Below the pieces are notes generated by a model. It did not search any database. It worked only from the letters and a program-made list of their open reading frames with translations, and was not told where the DNA came from. The position numbers and the translations under genes are program-made. From Promethearchaeota archaeon (GTDB taxonomy: Archaea > Asgardarchaeota > Lokiarchaeia > Sigyniarchaeales > SOKP01), in the NCBI GenBank assembly GCA_048938005.1, contig JBHLMQ010000027.1, forward strand, positions 1-16,671: a stretch of DNA of 16,671 nt. Direction: 5' to 3'. Shown piece by piece: positions 1 to 7,348 of the stretch; the stretch's first letter is position 1, and each line of letters starts with the position of its first letter.

Positions 1-449
1 GCTAAATTTCCCATAAAAATTCCTTCAGGATTAAATATTTTTTTTAAATAGTCAGCTCTATCATTTTGATCTTCTGATATTTTCATCGAATGAGGTTTTA
101 ATATCTCTTTTTCCATTAAATCTTCAATAATAAAAAATACGTTTATTGTATGGTCTACTTTTTTGTTGGTTTTTTTATCTATTTCTGTACATATAATAGG
201 ACGACCCTGAATTACGTATTGTAATTCAGTTTCCAATTCAGCGGTAATATATTTAGTTATTTTTACATTTTTTAATTTTTGCCGTGTTAAGACATAATCC
301 GAAATAGTTTGCTCATTTAATATTTGGATAATTATATAATAATTTTTTTCATCGCTCTCAGATTCGAGTTTAATAAACCCATGAAGATGGATATATTTTT
401 CATAAAAAATTTCAATTGTACTCTCGAGAGAATTTATTCTAATTATCAT
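1..449 (-). CDS. Partial CDS (runs off the window edge); probable N-terminus of a HerA/DUF87-family ATPase (HAS-barrel-like region)
   Basis: Not in the ORF track. Translated by hand from ATG at 449-447, open for 149 codons to position 1: MIIRINSLESTIEIFYEKYIHLHGFIKLESESDEKNYYIIIQILNEQ...DRADYLKKIFNPEGIFMGNLA. A beta-rich N-terminus followed by 'LKKIF..EGIFMGNL' resembles the 'I-x-(I/L)-G-x-L' segment that precedes the HerA P-loop domain. The Walker A motif would lie outside the window. Confidence 0.55.
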   Translation of the reverse strand, partial: MIIRINSLESTIEIFYEKYIHLHGFIKLESESDEKNYYIIIQILNEQTISDYVLTRQKLKNVKITKYITAELETELQYVIQGRPIICTEIDKKTNKKVDHTINVFFIIEDLMEKEILKPHSMKISEDQNDRADYLKKIFNPEGIFMGNL

Positions 450-570
450 TTTTATCTTTAATCCTTTCTCTTATTAACTAATACTATTATTCAATTTAAA
501 TAAATAAAAAATTGTATTAATACAGACTTACATTTGATATATGGTCTTTTGATTGTATTATTTGTCTTAA

Positions 571-578
571 TATATAAA
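571..578 (-). promoter_or_regulatory. Putative archaeal TATA box for the 449 gene
   Basis: TTTATATA on the minus strand, about 120 nt upstream of the ATG at 449. The AT-rich background weakens the call. Confidence 0.3.
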
Positions 579-605
579 GTTCAAAGACTTAACTAGTTTA
601 GTAGT

Positions 606-2741
606 CTATAAAAGATCTATTGCTGATTTGAACAAATCTTTTTTATCAATTTTCCCTTTTTTTTTCTGGGGTTTGAATTGGACTGAGGATTTCCTATAAA
701 CCTTGGGATTTAATTCAGAAACAAATTGAGATGGTCTTACCATTTGTGGTCCTCGATATGTTTGTTTAATCGAGGGAGATATAAGATATAATTGATCTTT
801 TGCTCTTGTTAGAGCAACATAAAATACTCTACGTTCCTCCTCGAAAGCATCTGAATCACCTATGCTTCTGCTTGAAGGAAATGAATCCGCACATAACATA
901 GGGATGAATACCACTCGCCATTCAAGTCCTTTTGCTCTATGTATAGTAGATAATATTAATGGTTTTTCTTCTTCTGTTTGCTCACCTAAATGAACTGTTC
1001 TAGATTCTAAATTAGATAAATTTAAACTTAAATTTTCTAAAAATTTTAGAATAGTAGGAAAATTCTGAGCATACACACTCAATTGGTTTAAATCCTCAAC
1101 CCGTTCTTGCCAATTATCAAATTTCGATTTTAAATGATCTTCAAGTACTATTATTAAATTTTTGATAACTTCTGAGGGATTGTCTTCGGGTTTAAAATCT
1201 ATTAGGTTTTTTGTATATGATATTAAATTCTTTATAGCTCCCTTAGATATACGAGTTCCTTTTAATTTTTCAGCATAAAACATCTTGTTGATTAAAACAT
1301 CGAGGGGATGGTCTACTTTGGAGATTGCCTCAAAAATTTTTGAACCTGATGAGGTTCCTATACCTTGAATGATTGAAAAAATTCTAGTCCAAGAAATTTC
1401 ATCATGTGGATTCTCAATTATTCGTAAATGAGCTATCATATCTTTAATATGAGCTCTTTCGAAAAATGCAACTCCTGCCCGAACTTCATAGGGTATGTTT
1501 TTAGCTCTTAATTCAAGTTCTATTCTAAGTGAATGAGATCCCGCACGAATTAATATCGCCATTTCATTTAAATCATATCCATCTGAACGTAATTTTAAAA
1601 TTTGGTTAGTAATAAATCTCGCTTGGTCCATATCATCTCCTAAATTAACCTGAAATGGCAAAATTCCTTTGGAGCGGGTGGAGCGCATATTTTTTTTAAA
1701 TTGTTTTTCATTATGCTCTATTGAGTTATTTGCTAAATCTAAAATCTCAGGTACACTCCTATAATTATAAGTTATTGTATACTTCTTACAATTCTTATAT
1801 TTATTTTCGAAATTCAGAATATTTTGAAAATTAGCCCCTCTAAATGCATATATACTTTGAGCATCATCTCCAACTGCCATAACATTATGTTCTGGATTCT
1901 GCTTTACAATTTTATAAATAATCTCATCTTGGATGTAGTTTGTATCTTGATATTCATCAACAAGAACATATTTTATATTCCTAGCGATTAATTGAGCTAT
2001 TGATCTCGCGTCAAGTAATTGATCCCAATATATTAATAAATCATCAAAATCTACTAAATTATCTTTTGCTTTCTTAGTTTTATAAATATTGAAGACTTCT
2101 TCTAATTTCTTAATAACCGTCTCAGTATCAAATTGATTATATTTCCATAATATGACGTCTCGAATTGATTTATTGCAATTAAAAGAATACGATAAAATAT
2201 CTTTTGCCATTCTAGAATTAGGAAAACGTTCTTCGATTTCTTTTATATTAGCCTTTTCAATTGAAAGTTTCATCAATGCTTTAGCATCCGTTTCATCCAT
2301 TATAGTATAATTTGTTCTTAACCCCAATAGTTTTGCATATCTTCGAATAAAACGATTTGCTATTGAGTGAAATGTGCCAGCCCAGATTCCTTTGGGACGC
2401 TTTCCGAGAAGTGTTTCTACTCGTTTAATCATTTCATTTGCAGCTTTATTTGTAAAAGTGACTAACATAATTTGATTAGGTTTTATACCCAACAATAATA
2501 ATTTCGCAACTGAATAAACAATAGTTCTGGTTTTTCCACTCCCTGCTCCCGCTATTACTAAAATTGGACCTTTAATACTATTTACGATTTCAAGTTGTTC
2601 TTCATTTAATTCTTCTTCAAAATTAATCTCATTATATTCTTCTATAACTTGAGGAGTTATTTCTTCTAAAGTTTCAGCATAATCCTCATCATAGAACTCA
2701 AAAATGTATTCTTCTTCAATATTTTCTTTCTTCTGATTCAA
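606..2741 (-). CDS. uvrD: UvrD/PcrA/Rep-family SF1 ATP-dependent DNA helicase
   Basis: Q motif LNEEQ, Walker A AGAGSGKT, VTFTNKAA, TFHS, Walker B VDEYQD, VGDDAQSIYAFRGA, NYRS, LSTIHRAKGLEW and EEERRVFYVALTRAK. A TTG start is required because the first ATG lies after Walker A. Confidence 0.95.
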   Translation of the reverse strand: MNQKKENIEEEYIFEFYDEDYAETLEEITPQVIEEYNEINFEEELNEEQLEIVNSIKGPILVIAGAGSGKTRTIVYSVAKLLLLGIKPNQIMLVTFTNKAANEMIKRVETLLGKRPKGIWAGTFHSIANRFIRRYAKLLGLRTNYTIMDETDAKALMKLSIEKANIKEIEERFPNSRMAKDILSYSFNCNKSIRDVILWKYNQFDTETVIKKLEEVFNIYKTKKAKDNLVDFDDLLIYWDQLLDARSIAQLIARNIKYVLVDEYQDTNYIQDEIIYKIVKQNPEHNVMAVGDDAQSIYAFRGANFQNILNFENKYKNCKKYTITYNYRSVPEILDLANNSIEHNEKQFKKNMRSTRSKGILPFQVNLGDDMDQARFITNQILKLRSDGYDLNEMAILIRAGSHSLRIELELRAKNIPYEVRAGVAFFERAHIKDMIAHLRIIENPHDEISWTRIFSIIQGIGTSSGSKIFEAISKVDHPLDVLINKMFYAEKLKGTRISKGAIKNLISYTKNLIDFKPEDNPSEVIKNLIIVLEDHLKSKFDNWQERVEDLNQLSVYAQNFPTILKFLENLSLNLSNLESRTVHLGEQTEEEKPLILSTIHRAKGLEWRVVFIPMLCADSFPSSRSIGDSDAFEEERRVFYVALTRAKDQLYLISPSIKQTYRGPQMVRPSQFVSELNPKVYRKSSVQFKPQKKKGKIDKKDLFKSAIDLL

Positions 2742-2876
2742 GATTTTTAAAATAATTTATTTAGTATTAAAATTCAATAATGCAGAATTAAAAAATAATT
2801 TAAGGGAGATTGTTTAATAAATTTTGAGATCTGCCAAAAATCTTATTAGTTCTTTTAAAAAGTCTTTTGATTTTTT

Positions 2877-3170
2877 TTATATGAGACCTACTAATACTTT
2901 AAAGGCTGCAGTTTCTTCATTTTCGTCTATAGATGTAATTGTAAATGTTAAATCATGTTTATCTCTTATCTTGGGGGCTGCTTGCGCCGAAATAAATTTC
3001 ATTCTTGGATTTGTATTTGCTCCTTCCCAAATCCATACTTTATTATCATGCATATCAACAAAAAGCAGAATTTTATCTGAATCTAATAATTCAAATAAAG
3101 GAACATTTTCCTTAACTTCGATTTCTTCAAAATCTTCTAATTCTTCTTTGAATTGATATACAAATATCAA
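2877..3170 (-). CDS. Single-domain gelsolin-like protein (Asgard-type actin regulator)
   Basis: 97 aa with the gelsolin-repeat pattern LDSDKILLFVD..KVWIWEG...MKFISAQAAPKIRD...ITSIDENEETAAF (L-x-S-x-x-hh-h-D, h-W-x-G, long helix, terminal E-x-x-x-F). TTG start. Confidence 0.8.
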   Translation of the reverse strand: MIFVYQFKEELEDFEEIEVKENVPLFELLDSDKILLFVDMHDNKVWIWEGANTNPRMKFISAQAAPKIRDKHDLTFTITSIDENEETAAFKVLVGLI

Positions 3171-3414
3171 ATTTTAATCGCTTGAATTTCTTTCTTATTA
3201 TATATATTATTTTAACTTGGTAATTTATAAATTTTTAACATTTCAATAAAAGCATATTACAATATCTTACGTAATTAAAAATTCGAAAGAAATTTATTTT
3301 CAAATCTTAATAGAAATAATTGTATATAACAATTTGATAGACAATGTAAAGGAGAATAAAACCTTTTAATAATCATTTTGAAATATGTTTACTCAGTTAA
3401 GTAAAATGATTTTA

Positions 3415-3594
3415 TTATAAAACAGAATTAGTTTTAAAATCAACATTTTCAAAATTTATAGACCAATAGCTTGATGATATTGCCTTATTTTCTTGCTGAA
3501 TTTTTTTGTAATAATCCATAAAATCTTTACCGTAATAATAACAATTCTCAGCGTAATATGCAGGACAATCTAAACAATCAAAACCTTCACACAT
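3415..3594 (-). CDS. 59-aa Cys4 microprotein (putative Zn/Fe-binding)
   Basis: Below the ORF-track size cutoff. ATG 3594-3592 to TAA 3417-3415: MCEGFDCLDCPAYYAENCYYYGKDFMDYYKKIQQENKAISSSYWSINFENVDFKTNSVL. It has a C-x4-C-x2-C-x7-C motif, starts 22 nt after the upstream co-oriented stop, and fills an otherwise empty gap. Confidence 0.6.
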   Translation of the reverse strand: MCEGFDCLDCPAYYAENCYYYGKDFMDYYKKIQQENKAISSSYWSINFENVDFKTNSVL

Positions 3595-3616
3595 TTTTAC
3601 TAACTTCTTATATTAT

Positions 3617-3985
3617 TCATAGATCATTTTGGAATCTCCTTCTTCGCAATGTTGAAATGAGATGTCCCTTTGAGAGTAGTTGAATGCCAAATTGTGAGCT
3701 ATACTCTCTAGAAAAATCAGTTATTATATTACAAATCATTATTCCACCTTCAATATTCGTATCGATACATGCTTTATGTAATTGTCGTAATTGTGTAATT
3801 GATATCTCTCTTTTCCAATCTCGGATGAAGACTCCATACGTATTAAGTTTATTTTTTACCATAGCATCAAAAGTCCAGACCTTTCCAGATACACCTTTCA
3901 ACCTTGAAGGACCAATTCTAAACTCATACTTCTCGGAAAATACATTTTTAGCTAAATCAATTAAGCTTTTATCTCCTAATGACAT
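3617..3985 (-). CDS. Stand-alone Mrr-like restriction-endonuclease-fold protein, probably catalytically inactive
   Basis: LKGVSGKVWTFDAMV...GVFIRDWKREISITQLRQL...GGIMICNIITDFSREYSSQFGIQLL matches the Mrr_cat layout (G-x-SG...D...(E/Q)CK...V....V...G-hhh....T..A......I.L), but the (E/Q)xK motif reads F-I-R. Confidence 0.7.
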   Translation of the reverse strand: MSLGDKSLIDLAKNVFSEKYEFRIGPSRLKGVSGKVWTFDAMVKNKLNTYGVFIRDWKREISITQLRQLHKACIDTNIEGGIMICNIITDFSREYSSQFGIQLLSKGHLISTLRRRRFQNDL

Positions 3986-4006
3986 AAATACACACTATAA
4001 ATGTAT

Positions 4007-4014
4007 TATATAAA
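4007..4014 (-). promoter_or_regulatory. Putative TATA box giving a leaderless transcript of the Mrr-like gene
   Basis: TTTATATA on the minus strand ends about 22 nt before the ATG at 3985, the usual archaeal TATA-to-start distance. No Shine-Dalgarno is visible. Confidence 0.45.
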
Positions 4015-4149
4015 TATTATTTGAAGAATTATCTGAATATTATATAAGCTGATGTATTACGTCTGTATTATGCATTTATCTGTTTAATTAAATTAAGTGA
4101 TAGATAACAAGATAAAAAAGATATCAACGTAGTTTTAACCTAGAGAATC

Positions 4150-4950
4150 TTAATTTTTACTAAAACTAGTTAATTTAAGAAAAGAATATTCTCCCTCACT
4201 ATCAGGATTTTTTTGTACATACTTCAACAAAATTTGTTGTAAAAACTCTAATAATCCTTCATATACTTTTTCACACACAGAAGTACATTTTAGGAAATCA
4301 ATGTCACAATTCTTATTATATTCTGAACAAAATTTTTTCATCTGTAAGGATACTCCTTGAGCAGGTAGAGGCATAACATAATCCCAAGTATCCTTAAAAC
4401 CTGCAAGTTGACTTGGAGGAATTTCTTTGAGTAAATTTCTTAAATTATTTTCGGAGGAACTTTTATTTAACCGATTCTTAATATTTTTTATTTCCTTCTT
4501 GGCTTCAAGTTGGCAGAGAAAAATGTAATATTTCAATAATTTTTCAGCTTCTTTTGTCTTTTCGGAATCAACTATTTTCCAACCATTGGCCCTTTTACAA
4601 CTTATTTCTTTACATTCCGGATTAGAAAAATTCGTAGGATAAATCCAACACTGTGGAGGTTTTATACCTGAATTATGAACTGAACAACCATTCATTTCTT
4701 TCTTATATAGAAAACATTTTGCTTTTTCCTCATCAAATCTCAATTTAAAACTAAAAGTATCGCTTCTAATGAAATCTTCTTTAGTTGCATATCCTTTTTC
4801 AATATACTTTTTAGCTAAAATTTTAGGAACATCGATTTTTATTGAACAACAATCTGCATTACAAACAACTAAGCAATTTGGACCATCTATTGCCGATCTC
4901 ATTAAAAAATTATACTTTATAACAACTTCCCAAAATTTATCGTCAACCAC
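4150..4950 (-). CDS. YkgJ/CxxCxxCC-family cysteine-cluster protein with an extra C-terminal Cys cluster
   Basis: CLVVCNADCC...CFLY......CSVH...KPPQCWIYP...C matches the YkgJ/FliB pattern (C..C..CC, C-x-(F/L)-L, C-x-(I/V)-(H/Y), (R/K)P..C..(Y/F)P). 14 Cys in total. GTG start. Confidence 0.75.
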   Translation of the reverse strand: MVDDKFWEVVIKYNFLMRSAIDGPNCLVVCNADCCSIKIDVPKILAKKYIEKGYATKEDFIRSDTFSFKLRFDEEKAKCFLYKKEMNGCSVHNSGIKPPQCWIYPTNFSNPECKEISCKRANGWKIVDSEKTKEAEKLLKYYIFLCQLEAKKEIKNIKNRLNKSSSENNLRNLLKEIPPSQLAGFKDTWDYVMPLPAQGVSLQMKKFCSEYNKNCDIDFLKCTSVCEKVYEGLLEFLQQILLKYVQKNPDSEGEYSFLKLTSFSKN

Positions 4951-5142
4951 AGTAAGTTTAATCAGCGTAATTATAATATATAATTTTCAAGATTTATTAT
5001 CATTTAAAATTCATATATAAAATATCTTTCTATGTAAATAATTTTAAATTAGAATAATATTATTATTTAGTAAATTTTGAGAACGAATTTCGAATAAAAT
5101 TATTTCTAAATCTAAATAATATGAATCCGAGAAGAGTATCGA

Positions 5143-7254
5143 ATGTCGCAAAATCTTATAGTTATAGATATTACTGATGAGGAGCACATAATTCTTGATG
5201 GTACACAAAATATGAAAAAAATTACTGGAAATGGAAAGCTTATCATAAAAAATCCGTCACAAACAAGTAGATTATGGAATTTAATATGTAATGTTAAAGA
5301 AAATGTGAATACATCTCTTGAATCTAAAGAAATAAATGTAGGGGTTCTAAATCCTACTCAAGAATTTCTTAAAAAATATGAAATAAGAGAACTTAAAGAT
5401 TCCTCCTTGAAAATTCAGGAAATATTTGATACGGATATATCCAATCCTGGTAAAGTAAATAATACCTTTCTCTATAAAACAGATAATAAATGCAGCTTAA
5501 AGCTCATACTTAAAAATCCTTTGAACTTACCTATCTTCGATATAAAAGTTAAGAGGGATATACCGGTATTTATTCAAGAAATTGAAATGCGAAATCCTAC
5601 TATTGGTAATGCATTCTTAAAAGAAGAAGGAGGAAAAAGAGTACTTTCTTGGGAGTTGATATCTCTAGATGCTGATAATAGAGCTGAGCTTGAGATTTTC
5701 TTTACAGTGAATATAAAAGAATTATCTCCCCAAGAACTTGGAGTTTTGAGGGTTATTTATTCAATTAATAACTATAAATTAACAATGATGAACCCTGAAA
5801 TTAGAGGGTCGACTGATTCGATGAGTGGAATTGAAAGAGATGAGAGCTCTGAACCTGGCATGTGGGAATGTAATGTCGAATTCATTAATGAATCCGAATT
5901 CCAAGTTAGGTTAGAAGACGCAAAGGTTACTCAAAAAATTTTAACTGGGAGTGAAGTTGTAGTCTCTCAGACTCCAAATAGAGTTTTAAATCCTGATGAA
6001 TCTTGGGCTTTTAATTTTCAGGTTGAAGCTAAGGATATACCTGAATTAAGCTCTGAAATTGGATTTACTCCAATGTTTGTAGTAATTCCTAGAGTTTTTG
6101 GTGAAATTATAAAAGAATCAACTTTTTACAATGTATTGAATGCAACTATCCGTAAAGAAATAAATCCACCCGAAGTTGATACATATGTTAATACTGATAT
6201 ATCAATTGTCAATACCATTATCAATAAAGGTTCTTCAGTAATTGAGAAATTTTTTCTATTGGATGAGATTCCATCTGATTTTGTTCCACCCTTAGTTGAG
6301 GATATAAAAATAACTATAGGAGTATTAGATATAAGTTCAAGAGAGGAATTTATCAAAAGAATATTAATAGATCCAAGCGATCAAGATTTTTCTGAAAAAC
6401 ATCAAATTTATGTTGAATTATATAATCTTTCGACTGTATTTCTGCCCGGGAAAGAGATGATAGTTTCATATCCTCTTTTAGCAAGAAATCCACGACCACC
6501 AACTGAAACAAAATATATAACACCTGTAAAAATAGAAATTAATAGTCCAGTAGAAGGTAAATTTTTTATTAAAACACCAGATGAAGAACCAGAATTAAAG
6601 GTTAGATATGTAAAACGTAAATTAAAAACACTCAAAAGCATCAAACCAGGTTTTTCTGAAGGAGAATTTAGTATCGCTGTCAGAGTACAAAACAAAGGAG
6701 ATGTTGAATTGGAAAATGTTCTTGTTAAAGATGTGATTCCCTCTAGTTTTAGTGTAACAGAATTCACACCTCCAGCTGGTACCACACATAAAGTAATACG
6801 AGTAGGAGATCAATCTGAATTACATGTAAGAGTTGCTGAGATAAAAGGGGATTCTTCCGTGAGCATTAATTATAATTGCTCTGGTTCAGGTGATTATCCT
6901 CGTTTTGAACCTGTTATTATTGTTGAAGGAAGGGGTGCTGGAGAGCTATCAAGTTTTTCAAATGCACCTCTAAGAGGTACAGAAACTCCAAAGGCTCACG
7001 TAAGAGATTCACAAGCAGGAAAAATACATGATATATTTATTGAAATATATAAATCCGTTGATCAAGCCCCAACTGGTGAAGTTTTGGGGGATTTATTAGA
7101 AAAAAGAAGAGATGAATTACCCCCAGGACCAATTCTTCATCAAATCTTATCTTATGCTAAGGAAATGAAAGCACTTGGAGATAAAATAATCGTTGGGTCA
7201 TTACGAGACGAAGTAATGAATAAATTAAAAGAATTTAAAAGTAAATATGATTAA
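5143..7254 (+). CDS. 703-aa cytosolic multi-beta-sandwich protein: mu-homology-like N-terminus, DUF11/Ig-like repeats, C-terminal helical bundle
   Basis: Long ORF with an ATG start. It has repeated 'h-x-h-x-N-x-G...h-x-h-x-D-x-IP' Ig/DUF11-like units (aa ~118-190, ~350-445, ~508-580), no signal peptide and no TM helix. The CDS is secure but the function is inferred. Confidence 0.6.
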   Translation: MSQNLIVIDITDEEHIILDGTQNMKKITGNGKLIIKNPSQTSRLWNLICNVKENVNTSLESKEINVGVLNPTQEFLKKYEIRELKDSSLKIQEIFDTDISNPGKVNNTFLYKTDNKCSLKLILKNPLNLPIFDIKVKRDIPVFIQEIEMRNPTIGNAFLKEEGGKRVLSWELISLDADNRAELEIFFTVNIKELSPQELGVLRVIYSINNYKLTMMNPEIRGSTDSMSGIERDESSEPGMWECNVEFINESEFQVRLEDAKVTQKILTGSEVVVSQTPNRVLNPDESWAFNFQVEAKDIPELSSEIGFTPMFVVIPRVFGEIIKESTFYNVLNATIRKEINPPEVDTYVNTDISIVNTIINKGSSVIEKFFLLDEIPSDFVPPLVEDIKITIGVLDISSREEFIKRILIDPSDQDFSEKHQIYVELYNLSTVFLPGKEMIVSYPLLARNPRPPTETKYITPVKIEINSPVEGKFFIKTPDEEPELKVRYVKRKLKTLKSIKPGFSEGEFSIAVRVQNKGDVELENVLVKDVIPSSFSVTEFTPPAGTTHKVIRVGDQSELHVRVAEIKGDSSVSINYNCSGSGDYPRFEPVIIVEGRGAGELSSFSNAPLRGTETPKAHVRDSQAGKIHDIFIEIYKSVDQAPTGEVLGDLLEKRRDELPPGPILHQILSYAKEMKALGDKIIVGSLRDEVMNKLKEFKSKYD

Positions 7255-7348
7255 ATTTTTTGATATTATCATATGAACTATCTTATTCTATACATTTTTT
7301 TAAAGAACTCGTATATTTTCATAATATAAAAAAAAATCAAAAATAGAT
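7255..7348. terminator. Convergent intergenic region with oligo-T tracts on both strands (putative archaeal terminators)
   Basis: T6 at 7256-7261 follows the + strand stop, and A9 at 7328-7336 (T9 on the minus strand) lies 12 nt after the - strand stop. Confidence 0.35.

Noticed and set aside
630-680. PCNA-interacting (PIP) box in the UvrD tail
   Set aside because: QKKKGKIDKKDLF does not fit Q-x-x-h-x-x-aromatic-aromatic spacing, so the FxxA reading fits better.
3608-3619. Possible selenocysteine readthrough of the TGA ending the Mrr-like gene into the Cys4 microprotein
   Set aside because: An in-frame TAA follows two codons later, the microprotein is in a different frame, and no SECIS-like hairpin was seen.
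606-3985. UvrD plus a nuclease-fold gene as an anti-phage defence island (Gabija-like or restriction system)
   Set aside because: The helicase is a full-length PcrA type, the Mrr-fold protein lacks catalytic residues, a gelsolin gene lies between them, and there is no methylase, OLD nuclease, integrase or obvious compositional shift.
2824-5020. Plus-strand ORFs 2824-3156, 3684-4013 and 4769-5020
   Set aside because: They are antisense shadows of the better-supported gelsolin, Mrr-like and YkgJ-like genes, are Ser/Ile/Phe-rich and carry no motifs.
6126-6813. Minus-strand ORFs 6126-6356, 6408-6785 and 6622-6813
   Set aside because: They lie entirely antisense within the 703-aa gene and have shadow-ORF composition.
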